Below, in pieces: positions 10,442-20,683 of a stretch of DNA of 64,000 nt (its first letter is position 1; the number at the start of each line of letters is the position of its first letter). The stretch comes from Chlorobiaceae bacterium (GTDB lineage: Bacteria > Bacteroidota > Chlorobiia > Chlorobiales > Chlorobiaceae). Location of the stretch: NCBI GenBank assembly GCA_013334755.1, contig JAAXWX010000001.1, positions 35,920 to 99,919 of the forward strand. The letters are read 5' to 3'. A program made the position numbers and the translations under genes. Below the pieces are notes generated by a model, which had not been told where the DNA came from, did no database searches, and saw nothing but the letters and a program-made list of their open reading frames with translations.

Positions 10442-10629
10442 TACTCCCTTGAGTTACCTGTTTGCACGGGAATGTGAGCCTCCGCTATTCATCCGTTTGG
10501 CAGAGCTGGTATCCCGCTAAAAATAAACCACAAGTATAGGGCAATAAGGAAGGATGTGCAACAAAAAAATGGAATTATGTAAGTGAGGAAGGAAGCATCA
10601 AGGTCAGACAAAAAGTCAGTGGATGCTGT

Positions 10630-13600
10630 TCATGATTCATCAGCATGATTCAGGATTTTATTCACCATCCTGGTCAATGATTTAAGAGAAAATGGTTTTT
10701 GAATAAAGTTGATACTATCACCAATTACTTGCTGAGGGGAAATCACATCATTGGAATAGCCGGACATAAAGAGGGTTTTAAGACCGGGAGTGAAAGAGAG
10801 GAGCTGTTGTGCGAGATCGCATCCATTCATCTCAGGCATGACAACATCGGTCAGGAGCAAGGCAATCTCTCCATTATATCGCCGGGCAAGCCGGATAGCA
10901 TCAGGGGGGGTAGCTGCCGAAAGTATCTTGTATCCACTTTGTTCAAGCGCATTCTTGCAAAGAACCAAAATATCATGCTCGTTTTCAACAAGAAGTATTG
11001 TTTCTTTGTCAGATATGTTTTCTGACGATGATTGTTCATCATCATCCTGATCGGCGTAACCTCCCCTGTGACGAGGAAGGTGAATTTTAAAAGTACTCCC
11101 CTTGCCCGGTTCGCTTATGTAATTGATACAACCATTGTTCTGTTTGACGATCCCATAGACCGTCGAAAGTCCAAGACCGCTCCCTTTTCCTAGTGCCTTG
11201 GTGGTGAAAAAGGGTTCAAAAATGTGAGGAAGATGCTCTTTTTCAATGCCACAACCATCATCTGTAACGGAAAGAGTTACATAGTCACCATGAATTTTAC
11301 AGGGGTGAAGTGGAGGGATAAGTGTTTTTTTCTCACAGAACCTGCCAACTTCAATGGTAATTTTACCGATACCGGCTATCGAATCCCGGGCATTGACACA
11401 AAGATTGGCCAGAATCTGGTCAATCTGCGACGGGTCGATTTTTACCAGAGTTCGTTGAATATCAGGTATCCAGTGAATGGTGATATTTTCGCCTATCAGC
11501 CGTCTCAGAACAGGGAGCATGTTTTCAACCATTACATTCAGTTCAAGTACTAATGGCATTACCGTCTGCTTTCGGGCAAAGGTAAGAAGTTGGCGGGTCA
11601 GATCGGCAGATCTTGTGGCTGCTTTGAGAATATTCTTCAGATTGTATTGTAATGACTCTTCAAGAGCCGGTGTTAGATCCATTGCTATTTCTATGTTCCC
11701 GATGATCACACCAAGCATGTTATTAAAGTCATGTGCAATCCCTCCTGCAAGCTGACCCATGAGTTCCATTTTCTGAAACTGGATCAGCGCTGACTGCATC
11801 TCCTGTTGCGACTGCTCGGCAAGCTTGCGGGAAACAATATCCCATGCAATATCGGCAATGGTGCGCACCAATTTGATGTCGTCATCAACATAGGCCGTCA
11901 GCTTGTTCCCAACCCAAAAAATTCCTACAACTTTATCACCCTGAAGCACAGGAGCTACCAGTGTACGGGTAATTTGAGGATGGTCATCCGGTAATTTTCT
12001 CTGATTCTCCTCTGTGCTGTATTCGTTGGTAATGAATGCTTTTTGCTCTCGCACTACATCAACCCATATCTCAGCAGGATTAAAAAACAAATTATGTACA
12101 TCATTATTTTGCATCCGCATAACATTGGATGAGGAAACCAAAGTGTGCTGCGGTTGATTTTCACCAATAAAGTAACAAAATCCAACGCTGCTCTCTGTTC
12201 GTTTTTCAGCTTCGTCGATGGTCAATCGCAGCAACTCCCCAACCGAATGAGACTCTGCTATCTGGAGCAGATGCTGGCGAAATGCAGAGAGAGATTCATG
12301 GAGAATACGCTCGGTAACATCATGAACAACGGAGTAGAGCAGAGAGCGTCCCTTGATGGTAATAGGAGCACTGAACACTTCTACATCGCGGATTGAACCA
12401 TCCGCCCGGCAATGGCGGGAAATAGAACCATTACTTCCTTCCTTAAGAGTCTCAGGACTTTCCGGCTTGACCGCTTGAGTCGGTATCAAGCTGATCTGCT
12501 TGATGTTCATCCGGCAGAGCTCATGCCGATTCCACCCATAGAAACTGACAGCTGCCGGGTTGGCGTCAACCAGCATACCATTTTCCGGATCAATGATCAG
12601 CATGACCGTATGATGGTTCTGAAAAATACTTCGGTAACGGGCTTCACTCTGACGCAGCGCATCTTCCGCCATTTCACGTGCCTTGCGGGTATGCAGCATC
12701 GTAATTCCATAGGCCAGGTTGTCAGCCAACGATGAAAGCAGCCTGGTCTCTTCTTCAGTAAAGGCATCCTGAACAATTGAATACATGGTTAACGCACCAA
12801 AAACCTTATTGCCGGATTTCAGCGGTAAACTCAGAACCGAAGCATAACCACGAGCCTTCGCTTCCATAAGCCATGGAAGGAACTGTGGATCTATCAGAAC
12901 ATCATTTGTTGTACAAGGCTGGCCAGTGCGGATTGCCGTTCCTGTTGGACCTCGTCCACGTTCGATATCCGCCAAGGAGATCATCAGTGTCTCAAGGTAA
13001 CCCTCTTCGAAACCTGCCTGAGCTACTGGAGAAACGCTTTTTGCATCATCCTGCTCCGCATAACCAACCCATGCCATCCGATAACCCCCGATCTCAACAA
13101 CAATCCGGCAGATTTCATGTAACAATTCTGATTCATCATGTGCATGAAGCAGCACCTGATTACAATTGCTGATTGCAAGCAGTGAGCGATTCAGTTTCTG
13201 AAGCTCGTTCTCCGCCTTCTTGCGTTTTGTGATGTCAATTCCCATGCCGATAAGGAATGGGGTGCCATTCAGCATAATTTTTTTCCCAGTCAACAGTCGC
13301 CAGATGATTTCCGACCCTCCCCGACGGCAAACCCTGACTTCAACACGCTCCTCAACACCAAGATTCAGGACTCTCAGCATTTTTTCCTGTATAATAGGCC
13401 GATCATCGGGATGAATAAATTCCAATGCATTGGAACCCGCCATCTCACTTTCCGCTTTACCGAAGATTTCATCGCGCAGATAGGCATTCCAGGCTACAAG
13501 CCGCACATTTGAATCAAGTAAATAAAACGTGCCGGGAATAGCATCGATAACAGCTTTACTGAAGGCTTTTTCATACAGCCCTGTAAGCTCGGATTGTTTG

Positions 13601-14061
13601 AGGAGCGTAATATCCTGCGCAAGAATAAACAGGTTTTCTATATCACCTTCAGAAGAGCGGAGAGGATAGATAGTATGACGATAGGTTCTTTCATGCCGTT
13701 CATCTTCAAATGTGAGTTCTTTGCCTGTGCGAAGAACTTCCATTACTTTTTTTCTCCGTAGTTCAGAAATCTCGGGCATCATGCAGTCACAAGAAAGCAG
13801 AGCGAAAACATTGAGACCTGAACATTCTTCCGGACTCCTGTTGAATCTTTCGGCAAAAGTTGCATTTGATTTAAGTATCAAACCCTCAGTGTCGATAAGA
13901 AAGCAGGACTCGGGAAAAAAATCAACCAGCGCGAAGGCAGTTTCCTTATCCACCACCCTCGAATGAATGGCATCTGGTTTCTTATACTGTTTTTTTAGCG
14001 GCATGGGTGTTATATTTTCGTTCCAGAAAGCACTGGAAATATCAACCCGCACGATCCTCAA
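10630..14061 (-). CDS. Hybrid sensor histidine kinase (PAS-PAS-GAF-PAS-GAF-HisKA-HATPase-REC)
   Basis: H-box AGGIAHDFNNML, N-box ILANLCVNARD, G boxes DDGCG/GSGLGLS, receiver LLTDVVMPEMNG; alternative start ATG 14004. Confidence 0.93.
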   Translation of the reverse strand: MRIVRVDISSAFWNENITPMPLKKQYKKPDAIHSRVVDKETAFALVDFFPESCFLIDTEGLILKSNATFAERFNRSPEECSGLNVFALLSCDCMMPEISELRRKKVMEVLRTGKELTFEDERHERTYRHTIYPLRSSEGDIENLFILAQDITLLKQSELTGLYEKAFSKAVIDAIPGTFYLLDSNVRLVAWNAYLRDEIFGKAESEMAGSNALEFIHPDDRPIIQEKMLRVLNLGVEERVEVRVCRRGGSEIIWRLLTGKKIMLNGTPFLIGMGIDITKRKKAENELQKLNRSLLAISNCNQVLLHAHDESELLHEICRIVVEIGGYRMAWVGYAEQDDAKSVSPVAQAGFEEGYLETLMISLADIERGRGPTGTAIRTGQPCTTNDVLIDPQFLPWLMEAKARGYASVLSLPLKSGNKVFGALTMYSIVQDAFTEEETRLLSSLADNLAYGITMLHTRKAREMAEDALRQSEARYRSIFQNHHTVMLIIDPENGMLVDANPAAVSFYGWNRHELCRMNIKQISLIPTQAVKPESPETLKEGSNGSISRHCRADGSIRDVEVFSAPITIKGRSLLYSVVHDVTERILHESLSAFRQHLLQIAESHSVGELLRLTIDEAEKRTESSVGFCYFIGENQPQHTLVSSSNVMRMQNNDVHNLFFNPAEIWVDVVREQKAFITNEYSTEENQRKLPDDHPQITRTLVAPVLQGDKVVGIFWVGNKLTAYVDDDIKLVRTIADIAWDIVSRKLAEQSQQEMQSALIQFQKMELMGQLAGGIAHDFNNMLGVIIGNIEIAMDLTPALEESLQYNLKNILKAATRSADLTRQLLTFARKQTVMPLVLELNVMVENMLPVLRRLIGENITIHWIPDIQRTLVKIDPSQIDQILANLCVNARDSIAGIGKITIEVGRFCEKKTLIPPLHPCKIHGDYVTLSVTDDGCGIEKEHLPHIFEPFFTTKALGKGSGLGLSTVYGIVKQNNGCINYISEPGKGSTFKIHLPRHRGGYADQDDDEQSSSENISDKETILLVENEHDILVLCKNALEQSGYKILSAATPPDAIRLARRYNGEIALLLTDVVMPEMNGCDLAQQLLSFTPGLKTLFMSGYSNDVISPQQVIGDSINFIQKPFSLKSLTRMVNKILNHADES

Positions 14062-14454
14062 AACTTGTGATTTTACTGCTTGATAAGAAATAATTTCTCA
14101 GAAGGCAGTAACAAGTATATTACACCATTTTACGAGAAGTATAACGATTCCTTTTTTCATTGCGTAATGATCTTGCCATCACTGCTATTGACTCAGTTCA
14201 TGCCAGAAGGCAAGTTCGAGCGCCATATCAACCAAACGAATAATTATTGCGTAAAATACAGTTTGATATAAAAAACCATTATATTTACACAGGTAAAGCA
14301 ACGGCTGTCTGCTGTATTTATACGGCTTAACAACACATCATATCTTTATTTAAAAAAAAGACTGCAAGCTCTCGATTCTCTGGAAAAAGAGACCCGATGT
14401 TGTTCCACGCAGACATGATTTTCCATGACACTCTCCGGAAGATGAACCCCACCA

Positions 14455-17193
14455 ATGCAGAAAAACCAGCATTCCAATAATACTGAAAACTGCCAGCAAG
14501 AACTTGAGCAGTCAATTGACTCATTCAATGCCTGTGAAATGCATCATCGCAACCTCATTGACTACATGCGGAACGGTTACGCTTGCTGTCGTATGATTAT
14601 TGAAAATGATCACCCTGTAGATTTTGTCCATGAGGAGGTTAACAGGGGTTATGAACATCTGACTGGCCTGAAAAACGTTATTGGTCGGAGAATAACAGAG
14701 GTTTTGCCGGGAATCAACGAGTCGAATCCTGAGTTTATTGAAAAACATATCCGCGTAGTCGAATCAGGGATTCCTGATCATTTTGAAATCCATCTCAAAT
14801 CATTGAACAAATGGTATGATATCTCGCTATACTGCCCGAAAAAAGGATACTCTGTAGCGATGTTCGACGACATAACCGAGCGCAAACATACTGAAGAAGC
14901 ATTGCAGGATAGTGAAAGAAAGTTCCGTTCCATTACTGAACAGATGTCTGAGGTTGTTTTTGTTTCTGATACCTTGGGCAATGTCAGCTATGTCTCTCCG
15001 GCAATTGAAAAAATATCCGGGTATAAACCTCAAGAGCTTATTGGCCATCACTTTGCAGAATTTCTTCCTGAAGAGAAGATCTCTGGTGCAGTTGGCTTAT
15101 GGAACGATGCCATGTCGTCTCAATTGACAACTCAAGCTCTTGAATTAACCTTCCAGAGCAAAAACGGTAAACCGGTTTACTCGGAAATTCATATACAGTA
15201 TTATCATGATAATGGATTTTGCGGTACGATAGGCGTGCTTCATGATATCACTGAACGTATGCACCATGAAAACATACGCAAGAAATATGAGCATAAGTTG
15301 CTCGAAAGCAGACAGTTTCTCCAGAATATCTATGACACTGTCAACCACTCCATTTTCGTGGTTGACGTTTTGCCGGATGGATCATACCGCTACAAAGGCA
15401 TTAACAAGATGCATGAAACACTGACAGGCATCAGTAATGAGGAGATATCAGGAAAAACCCCTGAAGAAATGCTTGACCCGGAGGTTGCCGCCACAGTTGC
15501 TAATTATTATGATACGTGTATTCGTGAAAGCAGTTCCATACAGTATGAAGAATGTCTGTCTTTCAAGGGTAAAAAGACATGGTGGACTACAGTCCTGAAC
15601 CCTGTTCGGGATGAGACCGGCCATATTTACAGGATTATCGGCACAAGCACCAACATCACGGAACGCAAGCTGGTCGAAGAAAAACTGAACAAACTGAGCG
15701 TTGCCGTCCAGCAGAGTCCTGCTGTTGTCGTCATTACCGATCCTCTCGGCAATATCGAATACATCAACCCTACGTTTACCCAACATACCGGCTATACCGC
15801 TGAAGAAGTTATCGGAAAAAATCCCCGTATACTTCAGTCAGGCCTGATGCCGAAAGAGCTCTATAAAGAACTCTGGCAGACGATTCTTTCAGGTGGCGTG
15901 TGGCATGGGGAATTACACAACAAGAAGAAAAACGGTGAACTATACTGGGAAGTAGCTGTTATATCAGCCATTGTAAATGATAAGGGTGTGATAACCAATT
16001 TTGTGGCTGTAAAGGAGGATATCACCGAAAAGAAAAAACTATGGATTGACCTAGTTATATCCAAAGAAAAAGCAGAGGAGAGCGACCGGCTGAAAACAGC
16101 GTTTCTGGCCAATATCAGTCATGAAATTCGAACTCCGATGAATGGTATTCTCGGCTTTTCAGAACTGCTGAAAGATCCTCATCTATCGGGAGAGGAAAAG
16201 GCTGAATATATCGACCTCATCCATCAAAGTGGTCAGCGCATGCTGGCGCTCATTAACGACCTCGTTGATATTTCCCGCATTGAAGCCGGAGAGGCCATGA
16301 TGCAGATCGAAGCAACAACGGTCAACAGGCTGTTGGAAGATCTCCATGCTTTTTTCAAACTCCAGGCTGAAAACAAAGGGTTGATTCTCTCCTGTATCAA
16401 GGGTCTTCCTGATGACGAAAGCATCATTGAGACCGACAGCTCAAAACTTACCCAGATCTTGACCAACCTTTTACAGAATGCCCTGAAATTTACTCTTGAG
16501 GGAAGCGTCGATTTCGGGTATACAAGAACAGAGAACCTCCTTGAGTTTTATGTCAGCGATTCAGGTATTGGTTTTCCTCCTGAAATGAAAGAAACCATAT
16601 TCGAACGATTCCGACAGGCTGATCACACCCTGACCCGCAACCATGAGGGATCAGGTCTCGGATTAAGCATATCCAAGGCTTTTGTTGAAATGCTGGGCGG
16701 CACGATCCAGGCTCACTCATTGCCGGGCAGGGGAAGCCATTTCGTTTTCACTCTGCCGTATAGCCCTCCCGGCTCACTGCAGAAGCCAGCACAATCTCAT
16801 GACAGGCAGGAACATCAGGGATTGCCGCCAGGCCTGACCATTCTTATAGCTGAAGATGACGAAGTCAGCACTTTTCTGCTGCAGAAGAGCCTGAGCGGTG
16901 AAAATATCACCATCCATCATGCCCGCAATGGCCGGGAAGCAGTTGAACTGTTTGAACATCATCCGGAGATCAATATCGTATTGATGGACATTAATATGCC
17001 GGTCATGAATGGTTTCGATGCAACAAGAGCGATCAAGAAGCTGCGTCCCGGACAGCCGGTTATTGCCCAGACTGCCTTTGCATCAAAAGAGGACAGGGAT
17101 ACAGCCATAATGGCCGGGTGTGACGGTTTCATAACCAAGCCCATCAACAAGAAAGAGCTGCTTGAAGTGATAAAGGAACTGCTTGACCGGTAA
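14455..17193 (+). CDS. Hybrid sensor histidine kinase (4x PAS-HisKA-HATPase-REC)
   Basis: PAC ends DITERK/NITERK/DITEKK, H-box ANISHEIRTPMNG, N-box LTNLLQNALKF, GSGLGLSI, receiver VLMDINMPVMNG. Confidence 0.94.
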   Translation: MQKNQHSNNTENCQQELEQSIDSFNACEMHHRNLIDYMRNGYACCRMIIENDHPVDFVHEEVNRGYEHLTGLKNVIGRRITEVLPGINESNPEFIEKHIRVVESGIPDHFEIHLKSLNKWYDISLYCPKKGYSVAMFDDITERKHTEEALQDSERKFRSITEQMSEVVFVSDTLGNVSYVSPAIEKISGYKPQELIGHHFAEFLPEEKISGAVGLWNDAMSSQLTTQALELTFQSKNGKPVYSEIHIQYYHDNGFCGTIGVLHDITERMHHENIRKKYEHKLLESRQFLQNIYDTVNHSIFVVDVLPDGSYRYKGINKMHETLTGISNEEISGKTPEEMLDPEVAATVANYYDTCIRESSSIQYEECLSFKGKKTWWTTVLNPVRDETGHIYRIIGTSTNITERKLVEEKLNKLSVAVQQSPAVVVITDPLGNIEYINPTFTQHTGYTAEEVIGKNPRILQSGLMPKELYKELWQTILSGGVWHGELHNKKKNGELYWEVAVISAIVNDKGVITNFVAVKEDITEKKKLWIDLVISKEKAEESDRLKTAFLANISHEIRTPMNGILGFSELLKDPHLSGEEKAEYIDLIHQSGQRMLALINDLVDISRIEAGEAMMQIEATTVNRLLEDLHAFFKLQAENKGLILSCIKGLPDDESIIETDSSKLTQILTNLLQNALKFTLEGSVDFGYTRTENLLEFYVSDSGIGFPPEMKETIFERFRQADHTLTRNHEGSGLGLSISKAFVEMLGGTIQAHSLPGRGSHFVFTLPYSPPGSLQKPAQSHDRQEHQGLPPGLTILIAEDDEVSTFLLQKSLSGENITIHHARNGREAVELFEHHPEINIVLMDINMPVMNGFDATRAIKKLRPGQPVIAQTAFASKEDRDTAIMAGCDGFITKPINKKELLEVIKELLDR

Positions 17194-17224
17194 GCACCCT
17201 TATAGAACAATATCCAGGTGACGG

Positions 17225-17875
17225 TCAGATTATCTTTTTTTGTTGCGGCAGGGTAAAATGAAAAATTGAGCCTGTTCCTGACTTGCTTTCAGCGCAAACT
17301 GTTCCGCCATAAGCTTCAACAATCTCCTTGACAATTGAAAGGCAACGCCCGAAACCGCTTTTTTCCTGCTGTCCGGATACACGGTAAAACTTTTCAAACA
17401 AATGCGTCATATGTTCAGATGCAATACCCTCTCCGGTATTTGCAACGGAAAATCTGATTGTTTCCTGATCTTCAGAAGCGCTTATGGTTATTGAACCGTT
17501 CGGTGGTGTAAACCGCAAAGCGTTTGACAAAAGGTTAACGAAGACATGACGAATGCGTTCAGGATCTGCCAAGACTTCCGGAACAGCGTTTACAAGATTT
17601 ACCCGGTTATCAAGGGCATCTATCCTGAAAGGCTTGATACCTTATTTCGCGAGACGAAAAGGAGCAACAGGATAAATGTTCAGATTTGCTTTTCCTGATT
17701 CTATCCTGTTGAGGTCGAGCAGATCATCAAGAATATGTGACAGTCGTTCACTCTCTTCGCTTGCAGCAAGCAACAGCTCTGCCTGTTTGCTGTTAAGGCT
17801 TCCGATACGCTCTTCAAGAAACAGATAGATTGACAGTCTGAGTGAAGTAAGGGGTGTGAGGAGCTGATGGGAATG
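17225..17875 (-). pseudogene. KinB-like sensor histidine kinase remnant (HisKA + HATPase_c)
   Basis: ORFs 17642..17893 and 17225..17572 share one frame, split by TAA at 17642-17644; H-box SHQLLTPLTSL, N-box NLLSNALRF, decayed G2 box (SGFGRCLSIVK); no sensor region. Confidence 0.8.
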
Positions 17876-18329
17876 TTCTATAGAGCGCTGCATCGAAGGT
17901 TCCTTTAGGCGAAATAGATTTCCGGATGCATACGGTTCAGGTCTTCCTGCAAGGAGGCAATACGCCTTTCCATACCGAATACTTCCCCAAGGCGTGCAAG
18001 TAATCTGTTCAAGCTGATCAGGTGTAAAAGTCCGAAGCGCCGCATTTCATGGCCTCAACCGCGGTCTCTACTGATGCGTAAGCTGTGATGACCACTATTT
18101 TGATCCAGAGACTGACATTCAAAAGTGACAGCACCAGTTCAAGTCCGCTCTCAGTACCTGATCGAATATGTACAAAGGCAAGATCAAAAACCTGCCGTTC
18201 AGCTTCCGAACATGCATCCCGTGAGTTACTGACAGCTTTGACGCCATGGCCGCGCGATTCCATAAAAACCGTCAGCGTTTTCCGGATGTTGGCTTCATCA
18301 TCGACAATCAGGACATTGAGCGATTGCAT
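17876..18329 (-). pseudogene. AlgB/NtrC-like response regulator remnant (receiver domain plus linker)
   Basis: LNVLIVDDEANIRKTL...VITAYASVETAVEAMK; phospho-acceptor position reads AFVH; frameshifted continuation FTPDQLEQ..RRIASLQEDL..PSMQRSIE; AAA+ and HTH domains absent. Confidence 0.8.
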
Positions 18330-18699
18330 GTACAGGGTGATATAATTTACGTATGCGCGATACTTTTGCAGACGTATAAATAAATATTAATGGATTTCGC
18401 TGTCCTCTTCAGCACAGTTCTAATCGACAGGCTGATAATGACGTTTTATGTTGTCAAAGCCATGAAGGAGGCTATGCTTCTTCCCGTTTTTTCCGATTAT
18501 GTATTTCACGATAGTGAACAAATAACACAGTCAAAAGTGTGAAATGGACAGAATGATTTGCATTTCCAGAAGATTGCGTCTTTAAACTGGAATTGCAGCA
18601 GAGTAACTTAGCATGCGTTCTATATTCAGTATTTTTCAGGTCACCTTTAATTTTTTCTGTGGCAAATCGATTTATCTTATTTTTAGGCACGTTCCTCCT

Positions 18700-19900
18700 T
18701 GAAGCACTAACAGCCTTTAGAATTACTACTAAAAAATTTATATTATAAAAACATATTTCAGAATATGATACTGGAATAAAACCAAACAGGACATATTAAT
18801 ACATGATATTTGAAAAGACGTATAGCAACAATAATCAAATGCATCGTTTATTTTTTTAAATATTATAAGGCGCGCAAAAACTATAACTTATTTACTGAAT
18901 TATTATTTCTTTGAGGCTTTACAGGAATTAATATAGAAAGCATACAAATATCAAAACTATCAATATTAACAACTTAAATATCCAGTTAAAACTCTATAAG
19001 TATTACGTTACGCACTGACTTCCAAATCACTAAAACATTAAGCTATGAATAACAAAAGATTAGAAGCCATACTTAAGCAATATGAAATTATATTTTCATA
19101 TTCAACTAAAGCAATTCCAAATTCAAAAAATTCTATTCTCACTTTTGGATTAAGTGCTATAGGAACAATACTTTTATCAACAATTTATATGCTTAATGTT
19201 GGTAAACATATTGAATTGTGTATAATATCTTTTATATTTATAATCCCATTAGCTTGTTTTTCTCTTCTTTTTATATGGGCAGGGGAAATTCACAGGATGT
19301 TGAGAGCTGGAAATTATGTAAAAAATTTAGAAGCGATTTTAAATAATGAGCTTAACGAATATCTTTTTAATTGGGAGAACTATATTAGAGAAAAAGAACA
19401 TAAAATAGTTTATCCCGAAATATTTGTAATTTCAATTTTCATTGGCACTGCTATAACATCAATTATATCTGGCATATGGATTTTAAATAATGATCCTAAT
19501 ACACTAGCACTTTCTAATAAACAAGTATTCTTTTTTGCTGGAATAATCTTTTCGTCAGCTATTGGCTTGATATTCCATTTATTAAATAAATTCAATAAAT
19601 ACAGATAATTTTTAATTATTAATACATATATCCCAATATAAACCCCTGTAATTACATCAACACAAGACGATAGTTCTGATGTACAATCTCACATAAAAAA
19701 ATTTTAGTTAACTATCCTTCACTATACTTACCTGAGCATCAAGGTTTCGGTGACTCAGATTAATGCAGTGATAAAAGAGCGGGTCGATAACCATATGAAT
19801 TCTCGTGAAACAATAGCACTTGTAAAAGAATGATCTTAGCCGTAAAATATTTTGAAATCTCAAAAAATTATCATGATTTTATGGATACGTGTGGCTCTGC
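18700..19900. other. AT-rich islet (probable foreign DNA)
   Basis: Visibly much more AT-rich than the flanks, with long A/T runs and AT-ending codons; boundaries approximate. Confidence 0.65.
19045..19608 (+). CDS. Hypothetical multi-pass membrane protein
   Basis: 187-aa ORF with about four hydrophobic segments inside the AT-rich islet; no recognised family. Confidence 0.65.
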   Translation: MNNKRLEAILKQYEIIFSYSTKAIPNSKNSILTFGLSAIGTILLSTIYMLNVGKHIELCIISFIFIIPLACFSLLFIWAGEIHRMLRAGNYVKNLEAILNNELNEYLFNWENYIREKEHKIVYPEIFVISIFIGTAITSIISGIWILNNDPNTLALSNKQVFFFAGIIFSSAIGLIFHLLNKFNKYR

Positions 19901-19938
19901 AACTGAAAGCCAGGTATTTTTTATCAGGAGAGTGAGAT

Positions 19939-20583
19939 ATGACTATTATCCCCGAAATAAGAGTAGCGACAAACAGCGATGTGGCAAGATGCACCGAGCT
20001 TCTTGAAGTTCTCTTCAGCCAGGAGCATGAGTTTATCCCCAACGCTGAAGCCCAGTCAAAAGCTCTCTCCGTGATTATCCGCAATTCTGAGGTTGGCCGG
20101 ATATTTGTTGCTGATATTGACGGAGTCATTCAGGGAATGGTGATGCTCCTTTTTACGGTCAGCACTTTTCTTGGCAAGAAAGTAGCCTTGCTTGAGGATA
20201 TGATTGTTGCTCCTGCATGGCGAAGCAAGGGTCTCGGCACCCGGCTTATCGATCACGCAGTGAATTATGCCCGCAGAGAAGGATTCGGGCGCATTACGCT
20301 CCTCACCGATAGCGATAACGATACAGCAAAGCAATTCTACCATTCCAAAGGGTTTTCAAAGTCAGGGATGGTTGTGTTCAGAAAACTTCTTGACGAGGGA
20401 ACAACTATGACAAACAGTGAAGATAACGCCAGGATGTGTCAGGAGTGCGGTTACGTCTATGATCCTGCTGAAGGAGATCCGGACAACGCGATCAAGCCTG
20501 GCACCCGGTTTGAAAAGATTTCCGATGAATGGGCTTGTCCGGTCTGTTTTGCCGGAAAGGCAATGTTTGATATCCTCGTGTGA
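19939..20583 (+). CDS. GNAT N-acetyltransferase fused to a C-terminal rubredoxin
   Basis: Acetyl-CoA motif [10 protein letters not shown] and FYHSKGF, then [34 protein letters not shown] (two CxxC, rubredoxin). Confidence 0.9.
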   Translation: MTIIPEIRVATNSDVARCTELLEVLFSQEHEFIPNAEAQSKALSVIIRNSEVGRIFVADIDGVIQGMVMLLFTVSTFLGKKVALLEDMIVAPAWRSKGLGTRLIDHAVNYARREGFGRITLLTDSDNDTAKQFYHSKGFSKSGMVVFRKLLDEGTTMTNSEDNARMCQECGYVYDPAEGDPDNAIKPGTRFEKISDEWACPVCFAGKAMFDILV

Positions 20584-20683
20584 CCACCAACACCAGTACG
20601 CCCCGGACAATGCTGATCCATAAAAGTATCTTCGTAATACTTTTTTCAGCCAAAAGAAGATGCTCTTTGCTGACGTTGCTTTT

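Noticed and set aside
10442-10620. yybP-ykoY manganese riboswitch upstream of the TMEM165/GDT1 gene
   Set aside because: Expected from context, and GGGAGUA occurs next to the start, but the rest of the consensus could not be identified; needs an Rfam scan
19730-19835. Short open frame at the right edge of the AT-rich islet (SIKVSVTQINAVIKERVDNH...)
   Set aside because: No start, RBS or recognisable homology; cannot be supported as a gene remnant
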